Assembly: GCA_030141605.1 (NCBI GenBank)
Contig: JAQGDQ010000290.1
Location: forward strand, 1 to 64,000
Length of the DNA stretch: 64,000 nt
Direction of reading: 5' to 3'
DNA from: Tubiluchus corallicola
Lineage: Eukaryota; Animalia; Priapulida
The notes beneath the pieces were generated by a model. That model was given only the letters and a program-made list of their open reading frames with translations, had not been told where the DNA came from and made no database searches. Position 1 is the first letter of the stretch; each line of letters starts with the position of its first letter. A program made the translations under genes and the position numbers. This document shows positions 50,648-62,872 of this stretch, in pieces.

Positions 50648-51112
50648 TTTGTATATTGTATTGTATTGTATTGCGCTGCGTTGCTTTGCATTGCATTGTA
50701 TTGTACTGTACTGTGCTGTGCTGTGCTGTGCTGTGCTGTGTTGTGCTGTGCTGTGCTGTGCTGTGCTGTGCTGTGCTGTGCTGTGCTGTACTGTACTGTA
50801 CTGTACTGTACTGTACTGTACTGTACTGCACTGCACTGCACTGCACTGCACTGCACTGCACTGTACTGTACTGTACTGTACTGTACTGTACTGTACTGTA
50901 CTGTACTGTACTGTACTGTACTGTACTGTACTGTACTGTACTGTACTGTACTGTACTGTACTGTACTGTACTGTATTGTATTGTATTGTATTGTATTATG
51001 TTGCATTGTATTGCATTGCGTTGCATTGCATTGCATTGTATTGTATTGTATTATACTGCATTGAATTGCATTGCATTGTATTGCATTGCATAGCAATGCG
51101 TTGTATTGCACT
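50648..51112. repeat. Compound pentamer microsatellite (ATTGT/GCTGT/ACTGT/ACTGC/ATTGC)
   Basis: Read directly from the sequence. Confidence 0.95.
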
Positions 51113-51221
51113 GTGTGTCTACCAGTTGTTTTCATAAATAAACATATCATTATTATTATTATTGTCGTCGTCGTCATCATCATTATTGTATAAAGACCGG
51201 TAAATCATATGTGAGCTGTTT

Positions 51222-51386
51222 AGAAGGGTCCTACTAGAAATTAGCGTCAAGGGTGGTCAAGGAGAAGGGTCCTACTAGAAATTAGCGTCAAGGGCGGTCA
51301 AGGAGAAGGGTCCTACTAGAAATTAGCGTCAAGGGCGGTCAAGGAGAAGGGTCCTACTAGAAATTAGCGTCAAGTGCGGTCAAGGA
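51222..51386. repeat. 41-bp tandem repeat (4 copies)
   Basis: Unit AGAAGGGTCCTACTAGAAATTAGCGTCAAGGGCGGTCAAGG. Confidence 0.95.
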
Positions 51387-51519
51387 AACGTTTCTGTAAG
51401 GTAAACAGCATCAAATGATGTAAATGCTAGAAGCTTTTCTTACCTTGGTTATTATTTAAAGCTTTTTGTTTGATGTGGCTGATACTTGCACTTTTCTTGA
51501 CACTAATTTAACCTATTGT

Positions 51520-51843
51520 TAGACTAGACTAGACTAGACTAGATTATGATTCCATTCATTTCATTTCAATTCAGTTCAATTAGTTAATGATTTGATTTAT
51601 TTTAATTTAAGTTGATTTGATTCGACTTGATTTAATTTAATTTAATTCGACTCGAATTCAATTCAATTCAGTTCAGTTCAATTCAATTCAATTCAATTCA
51701 ATTCAATTCAATTCAATTCAATTCAATTCAATTCAATTCAATTCAATTCAATTCAATTCAATTCAATTCAATTCAATTCAATTCAATTCAATTCAATTCA
51801 ATTCAATTCAATTCAATTTAATTTAATTTAATTTAATTTAATT
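51520..51843. repeat. (AATTC/AATTT)n pentamer microsatellite
   Basis: Read directly from the sequence. Confidence 0.93.
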
Positions 51844-52514
51844 AGTAGGACCAATTGAAAATAATGGCAAAAACACAGAAGCGTCAAAGAACTACGTTAC
51901 CTACCCACCAATCCCGCTTAAAGCTTTCAGAACAATGGCTTCTTAGCTAAGCCTCCTTTCACTATAATACAACTGTAATAGCCTATTCTATTACACTGAG
52001 GTGATAAGCTTTACCATAACTAGCTCAAGCGAATTACACGGGATTTGTTGTTTTGCCGTCTCTACGGAAGAAGTTTCTTAGCGGGTTGTATTGTTAATAT
52101 TGCTATTCTTATACCTGTCACATACAACCGTTTATTAATCCCCACTGTAAAGTATAATAGAATGGTGACGTAAGACTCAAACTGTTAAAATCACACTACA
52201 GGAGAATGTTCGTTGTTATGGCTTTCACAGGGCCCGAGGGTATAGTGTGGTTCTTTAAAATTTCGCTTGCAATGCAGTTCTGTCACTAATATATTCCACT
52301 GACATTTCATACAGAAAATTCTGTTATAAACTTATCAATGCTTTCCTCATCTATTTAAAGCAACTACGTCATACTCACCTACATCATATTATAGAACAAT
52401 GAAATGAACATTAAGGGGATTACGAACCCTGTGTTTATGATACTAAGTTGATCTAAGCTTCAAATTTGCAAACATAATGTGATGAACAATTAATAATTAA
52501 TTAATAATATTTGT

Positions 52515-52724
52515 TATTATTAATAATAATAATGACAACAATAGTAATAATTATAATAATAATGATAATGATGATGATGATGGTGGTGGTGGTGATGATG
52601 ATGGTGGTGGTGATGATGATGGTGGTGATGATGATGGTGACGACGACGATGATGATGACAATGGCAATGATGATGATGACGACGGCAATAATGATGATGG
52701 TGATGATGCTGATGATGATGACAG

Positions 52725-52755
<31 letters not shown>

Positions 52756-53187
52756 GGTGATGATGATGGTGATGACGACGACGACAACAATAATAATAAT
52801 TATAATAACAATACTAGTAGCCATATATTGCAAAAAAGATTTAAAACATAATTGCTGTTCTACTAGCAGTAGCAGCAGTAGCAGTAGTAGCAGTAAGGCA
52901 GCAATAGCAGCAGCAGTAGCAGCAGCAGTAGGCAGCAGCAGTAGTAGTAGCAGCAGTAGTAGTAGCAGTAGCAGTAGCAGTAGTAGTAGTAGTAGCAGTA
53001 GCAGTAGTAGCAGCAGTAGCAGTAGAAGTAGTAGTAGTAGTAGCAGCAGTAGCAGCAGTGCCAGTAGCAGTAGCAGCAGTAGCAGTAGTAGCAGCAGTAG
53101 CAGCAGCAGCAGTAGTAGTAGTAGCAGCAGTAGTAACAGCAGTTCCAGTAGCAGTAGCAGTAGTAGTGGCAGTTGTAGTAATAGTAT
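52515..53187. repeat. (GAT/GGT)n and (AGC/AGT)n trinucleotide tracts
   Basis: Read directly from the sequence. Confidence 0.93.
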
Positions 53188-53373
53188 TACTTCGTGTTTT
53201 TAAAACGTAGTGCAGCTAATTTCCAAAAGCTGTTCAACGTGTCGTTCAAGAATTTTGTTCCACAACGTCTTCAAGTCGTTTCCGTAATAAATAGAATGAA
53301 TAAAAGAGAAAGATCAAAAATTTAATCAATAACAAGTAAGAAGACAAAATGCAATTTCTTATTTCTGTTTCAG

Positions 53374-53536
53374 TTTTCCAAGTTACCACCATGGATGCTG
53401 CGTTACTTTGTACCAATAGCTGAAACTCTGGCTTTATCAAACAGTGCAGTTAATCCGATCATCTACGCATGCGTCAGCGAAAACTTTCGCAAAGGATTTG
53501 CTCATATACTGTACGGAGTGGCATGCAGGATGTGCG
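53374..53536 (+). CDS. GPCR exon encoding ECL3, TM7 and helix 8
   Basis: TTTCAG acceptor (phase 0) and GTAAGT donor (phase 1). Reads FSKLPPWMLRYFVPIAETLALSNSAVNPIIYACVSENFRKGFAHILYGVACRMC (NPxxY and helix-8 FR). This exon is absent from the ORF track. Confidence 0.93.
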
Positions 53537-54814
53537 GTAAGTGCTGCCATATTTATAAGGGCCTATTCACGTGAATGCGGCTGCGATCACGGTGATGGCA
53601 ACGTCGATTCTAATTTGCATTTTTAGTTAGCAATGAGGAATTAAGTTTATCACACTGCCAAATGCCTTGTCATAAGTTCATGCGTACAGCACAAAATAGT
53701 TAGTTCTTATCAGGTGTACTGCAAAATGATATTACTTAGGTTAAAATCATATGCGCAAAAAGTATTACTTACAGATACAGTGATTTTTAGTCTAATTAGC
53801 GAAAACCTTGCTTATTAAAATCTCCAAGTCTCTTGGCAGGAAAATATTGTGACTGCATGTTACTTAAGACTGTTTCACATAATATTGTTATGACGGCGAA
53901 ATGCCATTCATTTTCTTCCTTTAATTTCAATTTTGAAATATACAAGAAAAAAGTCTCCCTTCGCCCCCCCCCCATATTGTTATTATTGTCAACAAGCGGT
54001 TGAATATCAATATTGCATACCATGTATAACACTTTCCCAGATGGAATGGCCTAGTCGATTTAGCATGCAAATGCACAGGTGCGCGTACCATGTAAGCACC
54101 TGTTCCGCAGCACAGTTCAAGATAAAAGACGCAAGTTACTCGCAAGTCTTCTCTATTCTGACGTTCACTAGTTTTGCAATACACACAATTTCTACATGAC
54201 GTCATAATCCAGCATTAAATCAAGATTTCTTGGCCTCCAGAAAGCCCGGATTCGAACCGGCCAGGGCGAGTTGCTACCGTCCCCTTGCGTTTGTGAGGAC
54301 TCGCCAGTGTTACAGTATCGCGCTGGGACAACCGACAAATGATGTGGTCATTTAATGACACTTTTCAAAACACTGCTCTGTTAGACAGATAGATTGATAG
54401 GCAGATGAAATCTTTATTTGCCTATTAAAACTTGTGTATACAAAGTAAGAAAGTACATTACACATAAGAAATATATATTGTTTAAGGGAGGCGGCATACC
54501 AGTAAATCATATACAGCGTATGCGACTAACTGAATATTGGCAATAGCGCCATCTACAACTAATATTATGAAAAAAAGAAATACAGTATTATAAAATAACT
54601 TGAAAATAACTAAACTATGAAATACAGAGGTTATTTACAAAGTTTACATACATATAGCGTATGCGACTGAATATTGCAACAGTCTTCTACAGTTAATACT
54701 ACGAAAAAAGAACTATAACATTATAAAATTATTGGTAACTAATAAAACCTCGAAACGCAGGTTTTGTACAAAATTTACATATTTACAAATTAAAAGATAC
54801 TATAATGATGTTAA

Positions 54815-55252
54815 AGGGAAAGGGCAATTTTAAGGTATGTCACAAAAACGTTCCGTACAAATTTGTGATTTACCACTACCTGTTTGAAAGCTTTATGTAA
54901 TTTTAAAAGAAAATTAATTTAAAATATTCCAGCCACCTGGTAAAATGGCACTGCATCGCCATCCCAGTGTGCACCATGGATGCACCAAAAAACACATTAT
55001 TGATCTTATTGACAATAGAAAGTAATCTATGCTTTTGCTTGGGTAATGAAGTATATGCTACAAATGCTCTGAATATTTGTCCAAACCTTAGGCAAGGTTA
55101 TGTAACTTCATTGAAACGATTTACCGCTAAAAAGTTTTATACAGCGTTGCTGCTAACGCAAGCCCGTTATGCAATAAGACAGCATGTCAGTGATATAAAA
55201 TTTCAAGACAAATTTTTAAAAATCTATTTAAGGATGAGTGCTTCCTTGTGCC
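54815..55252 (+). mobile_element. Family A TTAA element, copy 3 (internally deleted and diverged)
   Basis: TTAA|AGGG...CTTCCTTGTGCC|TTAA; shares GGTAAAATG.C.CTG, GCTAC.AATGCTCTGA and AAGTTTTATACAGCGT with copy 1. Confidence 0.7.
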
Positions 55253-55625
55253 TTAAGTTAAAGAGAATCCATTGGAGCACATGAAAGAAGCAGCACCCAA
55301 GAAGTAACATGTTTGCAGAGGGAGGGTTTTGGCTATTACAGTCATTTTAATACTGTGGATTAAAATAGCTATGGTAACCGAAATATTTATGGTCCCTCTT
55401 GTCTATATTGTTTGCTAATATGTACGATTCGAGGTCGCTTACTAGATGAACCGGATAACCGCATCGCTATTACAACAACAGTACTGCACGATCATATCCA
55501 ATCATTTCTATCCACATTACGGCAAAACGCACACTCAAGTTATTGGTTATTCCTAGAACATGTGTTCGACTGCAGAAACACGATATCGAATTAACAGCCA
55601 TATTTATCCTAATTGTTTTTATAAG

Positions 55626-55852
55626 ATTTCACGCTGCTACCCCCAATGTCGAGAATCAGAGTTTTAGTTTCCGTCGATGTTTTGCCGAACCGTCAGTTTT
55701 GCCATTCCGTAATTCAGTCGAGGCCAAGAGAAGTGACGACGGAAGCCATACAGCTCTGCAGGATTGAAGAAATTCCAAGGGCGTCATTTAGCAATGCCAA
55801 CAGTGCTGAGAAGATACGCCTTTGCTTAATGCGTACCTCGCAAATTGCTTAA
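55626..55852 (+). CDS. Candidate terminal exon of the GPCR (C-terminal tail)
   Basis: AG at 55624-55625 follows a pyrimidine run, and a phase-1 junction gives an open 75-aa frame (DFTLLPPMSRIRV...SQIA*). The acceptor is weak (TAAG). Alternatives at 54041, 55446 and 55576 are also phase-compatible. Confidence 0.3.
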
Positions 55853-56959
55853 TGCGTACGTCGCAAACATGAACATTTGCAAGAATTTTTCTGGTTTTCT
55901 ATGGCTTCGAATGATACGTTTCGCAAATACTATGAGGAAACGTGCACATTTTTGATGTTGCGTGTGAGATGTAGCATCAGAGATGTGTGTGACGTTTTGG
56001 CTCTAACATTTTTAGAATTAAAACTCCACAAATATAGTATTGCGGGGTTGACCGTCGTCCTCGTTCAAACTTTCACTCACTCAAGGAGACAAATATGCGG
56101 CTTGCATGTTATTTCAAAGTCACGTTAAAGTAAAACACCCCTGTAAATCAAAATGTAATAATGTTATCTGTATGAAATTCACAAATCTTACCTTCTGATT
56201 GGCTCAAATTTGCAATACCTATTTCACCTGTGCAAAGTCTATAAATACGAGTGCTGCATTCTGTTTCCTCGAGTTCAGTGATTGCTGGAGTTTGAGCACC
56301 AAATAGGGCAAGCCTGTACCCCCCCTCAGGACAAGCCTGAACCCGCCCTCCCAGGACAAGCCTGCACCTGCTCTCCCAGGACAACCTTGCACCTGCCCTC
56401 CCAGGACTTGTCTCCTAACTGTTTTGGTGTCAATATGAGGGAGTGGTGAACCCTCAAAGGTAGATTCATTTCTATGTTTTATGCCTAGCCATCTATTTGT
56501 TCTTTTCGATTATAAAGATTCTTTCAAACATCGGCAGAACCGTCCAGGGGTGATTACAACGACCCTAGCGGCGAGAACATGACGGCAGAACCGTCCAGGG
56601 GCCATTACAACGACCCTGGCACCGAGAACCCGACGGCAGAACAATATATGATTTTTATTCGCAAAATATAGTACACATATAAGTACTATCACATTTGTAT
56701 TTTAACAATAATAACGACATTAAAGAGAAAAAAGGAACAATAACAAAATGTTAATCTCTATCATATCATAAAGCAATACGGTTAGTGAAAAGTACGAAGC
56801 TTAGCACTCATACAAACCTGTAATGTCAATACATAATTCAACATTGTTCGAATTTCATTATATAAGAAATTTCTTAATTGTTATTGTACCTCTTTTGCCC
56901 TGTGTAATTGATGTGAGTTTACACGTTGGACCTTCATTGACATCAGCATCTCTGCAATG

Positions 56960-57455
56960 ACATTATTCTATTTTTTCCCAAAGTAGAAATACTATATTGC
57001 ATATTAAATATTGGCAAAGATTTTAATACGCAATTATTTGAAGTGTTTATACTCTGCAAAAGTTTTCGTATGAGTTTCGCAGTTTGACGCTCATTGGGTA
57101 TAGTAATAGCGATACAAAGGGTTAAAATAGAATGTGAGTTTCTTGGTACATCCACTAAAACGACGTAGGGTGTTTCTGTATTCAATTGCTGACAAACTTA
57201 CATTATTTAAGTCAAATAAACTACTTCGATAAAACGAACAACGGTAGGCTGAAAATAACTTGAACAGTATCATTTTGTTGTGAACATCTTTGAAAAAACA
57301 AAGCATAGAGTTAACTGCTTTTATGAATTCTTGTTTGCATCTTACTACGTCATTAGTCTGATCTAATTCGCAAGTTAAAATGTTGCCAGTGTGACGTCAT
57401 CAGCGTATCCGAGAATAGCCACAAATGAATTGAACAAATAACACCCAAAGTTTTT
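56960..57455 (-). mobile_element. Degraded LINE reverse transcriptase fragment
   Basis: Minus strand reads FGCYLFNSFVAILGYADDVTLA (YADD RT motif), followed by LFKLFSAYRCSFYRSSLFDL; frameshifted. Confidence 0.8.
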
Positions 57456-57463
57456 AATCTTAA

Positions 57464-58077
57464 TCCTTATAGGGTCACGATTTTTACAACCGATTTTGGT
57501 AACCGGGGGGTAAAAAATTACCCCCACCATAATTCGTAAATTACTTTTCATAAACCGCCGTGTTTCATTAGAAAACAGCAACAGCATAATTTGTGGTTAT
57601 GCTGACCACCATAGGATACATTATACCTCTGCTTAAAGACATGTGACTTACTAGTAATACGAAATTTAAATTCACTTAGTTACGTTCCCTTATCTATGCT
57701 GGAATAACTGTAGACAACCGACATTGCAGCGCGTGTGCAAAAATCATTGTTATTTTGAATTTATTGTCTACTACTTTCTTCTTTTAGGTGGAGTAATTTG
57801 AGTAACCGACATTTTGTTTTATCAGATGCATCGCCCGTATAATCTATAGACAAGCGAAGTAAAGTTTCGACAATTTTAAAAAATCGACATATTGCATTTT
57901 CACATTTATTTCGTGGTGAGACAATGCGCCTAAAATAAATAACTGAAAGTATTTTGTGCACAAAACATATTTAGAAAAAGTCATAGAAAAGGTTTACTGG
58001 GATGCGTATGGTAAAAGGATAAAATGCAAAAAACCGGTCTGGGGGTAATTTTTTACCCCCCGGTGACCCTATAAGGG
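57464..58077 (-). mobile_element. piggyBac-like MITE, copy 1
   Basis: TTAA|TCCTTATAGGGTCAC...GTGACCCTATAAGGG|TTAA with subterminal GGGGTAAAAAATTACCC palindromes. Confidence 0.88.
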
Positions 58078-58565
58078 TTAAAAGAAACTGCTGGTCATGT
58101 GTTATGTCTACAACATAAATGATGTTAGTGTCAATTCCAGGCTGAGTTTTGTTTTTCTTCTTTTCAAGAATAGGCCAACTTGGTCTGTGTGAAATCACTT
58201 CAGTGGTAAAAAAATTCCGAGCAGAATAAAGCTTTTAAATGACTATTCTATAAAAATGGTGGTAGAACAGATATAAGTAATGTCACCAATATTAATTCTC
58301 CATCACAATTTATGAACACCGTAAAGGTTAATCGTCTTTAGGAAGTTGACCTTTCCTTAAAGACCTCCTGCAAAGTACAGTAAGGCAAATCTGCAGCAAC
58401 ATAGTAGGCAGATATGCTCTTTTTGCAAACTTTTATGACTTGAAAGAACCTAAACCTGGAGCTAATCAAATTTTAGCAAAAAAACTGACAAGACGTTACT
58501 TTTCCTTTTTGCATCAATCCTTTTAGCACAAAAACTGCAGGCTTCTGAAGTGCATTTCATTTTAA

Positions 58566-59198
58566 CCCTTATAGGGTCACCGGGGGGTAAAAAATTACCC
58601 ACAGACCGGTTTTTTGCATTTTACCCTTTTACCATACGCATCCCAGTAAACCTTTTCTATGACTTTTTCTAAATATGTTTTGTGCACAAAATACTTTCCG
58701 TTATTTATTTTAGGCGCATTGTCTCACCACGAAATAAAAGTGAAAATGCAATATGTCGATTTTTTTAAAATTGTCGAAACCTTACTTCGCTTGTCTGTAC
58801 ATTATACGGGCGATGTATCTGATAAAACAAAATGTCAGAGATCTGTATGCTGACGTAGAACTAGTCTACTCACAACTACAAAGACAATCAGATCATAAAC
58901 TCAGTCACTCAACATCTTCAGGTGTGCTAGCAATGTCGGTTGTCCACAGTTATTCCAGCATAGATAAGGGAACGTAACTAAGTGAATTTAAATTTCGTAT
59001 TACTAGTAAGTCACATGTCTTTAAGCAGAGGTATAATGTATCCTATGGTGGTCAGCATAACCACAAATTATGCTGTTGCTGTTTACTAATGAAACACGGC
59101 GGTTTATCAAAAGTAATTTACGAATTATGGTGGGGGTAATTTTTTACCCCCCCCCCCGTTACCAAAGTCATTTGTAAAAATTCGTGACCCTATAAGGG
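58566..59198 (+). mobile_element. piggyBac-like MITE, copy 2 (inverted relative to copy 1)
   Basis: TTAA|CCCTTATAGGGTCAC...GTGACCCTATAAGGG|TTAA; near-identical reverse complement of 57464-58077 except for a central core. Confidence 0.92.
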
Positions 59199-60559
59199 TT
59201 AACGTATTCTGTTGGGCTTCTGCGAAGTGTGCTTAACAGAATTCTGAAATGGCTTGTTTTTAAAACCGCAAACGGCTTTATTTCTATGGTTCTATTTCAG
59301 ATTTTGAGCGCTTTTGATAAACAAAAAAAAAATTCCATGTTTTTCCACAAAAAATGCAATAATGTTCGTTGAAAGTAAACAAAGACTGGGTGTAACGAAA
59401 ACACACACTTAGAGATAACAAACATGGAAATGGATTTAATAATAGTATTCCATTTTCAGGACAATTTAAAGCGAGCTTTGAAATAAGCAGTCGTGAGTCG
59501 TCTTACTTAGAGGAAAGAACAGGTCACTTAACATGTTAGGTTCATTTTAGTGTTATCACTTAAACCATTCTAAAAAATCTTAAACTTATAAAAGGATTGA
59601 CAAAAAAATTTGCAAAAAATTCTCTATAAATCACAAATATTTTACACCACCTCTGTTTACCACCATTAACTTGAAAATTTTAAAGCAACTAAAGCCTTTT
59701 CGTAAGCACATTTCGCAGCCACACGCTGTTCACACTAATTCAAACCTTTGCAGCTTATCCAACGTTCATGCAAAAATATGACAAAATCTAATTTTTTGCA
59801 AACATTTATTATATTTTTGGCAGAAATTAACTGTGTGCTACTTTCTTCAGCCAAAGAAACAACGTCACTGGTGGAATACTGGGCGCTCAGAATGGAAACA
59901 GCTCATACATGAAATGATCGCGACTTTAAAGTGATTTTACTAATTACACGAGGCTCTTATTACACTTTTATTATGAAGTCTTTCTAGCATTTTTCGCCAA
60001 CATTGAAGCAAGCCAAACTTTCCAGACGGGTTGATCTTTCCTTTAATTTTTGCCGAGTTACCACCAAAGCAATGATCTTCTAAGCCATGTGGCGCCAAAT
60101 GAAGTGACGTATTTTCACGAAGCCTTTCCACATAGTGTCACGTCACAAATTAGTATAGTGTTTCGCTAAAGAGTACTGCGTTCAAAAGAAATACTATCGC
60201 ATGGCCGAAATAATATTGTGTCGTCTTGTGAATGACTTTAATAATGTTTTGTGGAGGTTTTCATGCTAGATTAGTGTTGCAAAAAAACACTCATCCACGT
60301 GTCCACGTGTTTATTTAGAGATTCACAGCATCAATGAATTCAACAGGATTGTAGCATTTGTTATTGCATAACAACACTGCAATACATAAACTAAAAGTTA
60401 CAATTTTATACGAAAAAATGTCAGCGGATATAATATATATATATACATATAATATAGTATAATATATATAATATATAATATAGGCTATATAATCATTAAA
60501 CAAATGTAAAAATGTATACATGTTAATAGTTATATATATATATATATATATATATATGA

Positions 60560-61390
60560 TCTTTATTTGCCATTAAACACATTGATAATCACTGCATGAA
60601 AACTTTACAGAGATGATCAATCAGTGTTAGTTAATAAAAATTTACACTGCTAAAGGCAAATAAGTCAGTGCAATTTAAACTACTGTGCAGTAATGGAAAG
60701 TAACGACGAATGATAATAAAACGTATTTACAACTATTCACAAAAAAATAAAAACTACGATTCAATTAATATGGCCGTGGATATATAAATTCTGAATTAGT
60801 GTGTATCTTATCGTGCTGGTGTGATGGTATTTCATATCTGGTTAATATTAATAATTTTAATTTTGTTTTAAATGCTGATAGAGACTTGATTTGTTTAACC
60901 TGTAATGGCAGAGAGTTCCAAAGTAGAATTGCTTGCTTGATTATAGAGTTCGTTCCATAGTGGGTATTTGTCCTAATTTGTTTTAGATTACTTGTTCTGC
61001 AATTAACGATTAGATTTGGAAAAAAAGGATTTCTGTTATTCTGGAAGGGTTTGTTGATGTTGTTAATGTATTTAAATATAAAAAGCAGAGTAAAATACTC
61101 CTTGTGTGCTTCAATGATTGGAAATTTTAAAGTTTTTCTTAGGTTAGTTGTTGAAGCTTTGAATTTTTGTCTACCAGCCTTACGTTTGTGTGAGTACCCA
61201 GCTATCAATCACAACGCATAGTTCTGAAGGAGATTTAATTTTAAGTAATTTTCTCTTTTTTGTGAAGAGTGTATATCTATATAAGAAGTGTGGTAGAATT
61301 AAAGCTTTGTATATTAGTGTCCTAGTTTGTTGTGTTAGTTGCCCTTGCCCTACGTGTCGGAGATATGATGTGCTAATTGACAAATTGGGT
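60560..61390 (-). mobile_element. CR1/L2-like LINE 3' fragment
   Basis: Reads RTLIYKALILPHFLY and IRTNTHYGTNSIIKQAILLWNSLPLQVKQIKSLSAFKTKLK. AATAAA plus a (TA)n tail lies near 60530-60567. Confidence 0.8.
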
Positions 61391-62211
61391 AAATAAATTA
61401 ATAATAATGATAACTTATGGAAGGAATAGTACGATAATTAAGTATATATATATATATGCCGTTCATCACTTTTAAGCGTTATGTTGTTTCATTTCGCTTA
61501 AGCAAGCTATTTTATCAGTGTTTGATTTCAAAAGTTCAGACCTCATGCACCAGCCGCTTTGCCTGAACAGAAATGTCCCATTCAAAATATCTTTATTCGC
61601 TTATGAAGTTGAATTTTACAAATTCGCCTTGCAGGGTTGATAGGTCATAGAGGGATTCGTAGTGAGGTCAACACAATTCAGCCTGCCAAACATGGAGTTC
61701 ACGAGGGTCAAATATAATAGCCGATGACCGCTTAAGGGTCTTTTAAATTGCATCAGTTCTGCAGAAGCAGGTAGGGGGTCAGAAAACGCTTACTTTCTTT
61801 TAGCTTAATGTTCGTTTTATTTGGCTTAATTTCCTTTTCTTTGCTTGTTTGAGGTTGCTTAACATTGTTTTCTTACATAGTTTATTTGGTTGGTATTTAT
61901 TTTGTGCATGGGTTGATTTTGGCAATGGTAGCTCACATCACATTAACCAAGGCTGATCTATTAGAAACGTTTGTTGAAAACGTGCTTGGATGCTGTGGAG
62001 TTATTGATTTTGTTCCAACAATCTGGCATATTTCAAATTTGTGTTCAAGATTATTTCTGTGAGAATACTTCATTGTTCCTGCTAAACATGGACTGAAGGG
62101 TAATTCTGAGTATTACAACTGGAAGAGACATTTAATTAGGAATTAGGTTTTGTATGCTTCTTGGATTTGGCGATAGACAATAGCTGTTACAGAAAACAAA
62201 AGGAGAGACAT

Positions 62212-62872
62212 AGAGCACATCACTAACACTCAGTCACGCTCGAACAAAAGAGCACATCACTAACACTCACTCACGCTCGAAAAAAGAGCACATCACTAAC
62301 ACTCACTCACGCTCGAAAAAAGAGCACATCACTAACACTCACTCACGCTCGAACAAAAGAGCACATCACTAACACTCACTCACGCTCGAAAAAAGAGCAC
62401 ATCACTAACACTCAGTCACGCTCGAACAAAAGAGCACATCACTAACACTCACTCACGCTCGAAAAAAGAGCACATCACTAACACTCACTCATGCTCGAAC
62501 AAAAGAGCACATCAGTAACACTCTCTCACGGTCGAACAAAAGAGCACATCACTAACACTCACTCACGCTCGAACAAAAGAGCACATCACTAACACTCACT
62601 CACGCTCGAACAAAAGAGCACATCACTAACACTCACTCACGCTCGAACAAAAGAGCACATCACTAACACTCACTCACGCTCGAACAAAAGAGCACATCAC
62701 TAACACTCACTCATGCTCGAACAAAAGAGCACATCACTAACACTCACTCACGCTCGAACAAAAGAGCACATCACTAACACTCACTCACGCTCGAACAAAA
62801 GAGCACATCACTAACACTCACTCACGCTCGAACAAAAGAGCACATCACTTGTACTCACTCAAGCTCGAAAAA
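62212..62872. repeat. 36/37-bp minisatellite (~18 copies)
   Basis: Unit GAGCACATCACTAACACTCACTCACGCTCGAA(C)AAAA. Confidence 0.97.

Noticed and set aside
54225-54340. tRNA gene or tRNA-derived SINE (GGTTCGAATCC B box on the minus strand)
   Set aside because: No cloverleaf or clear A box could be built.
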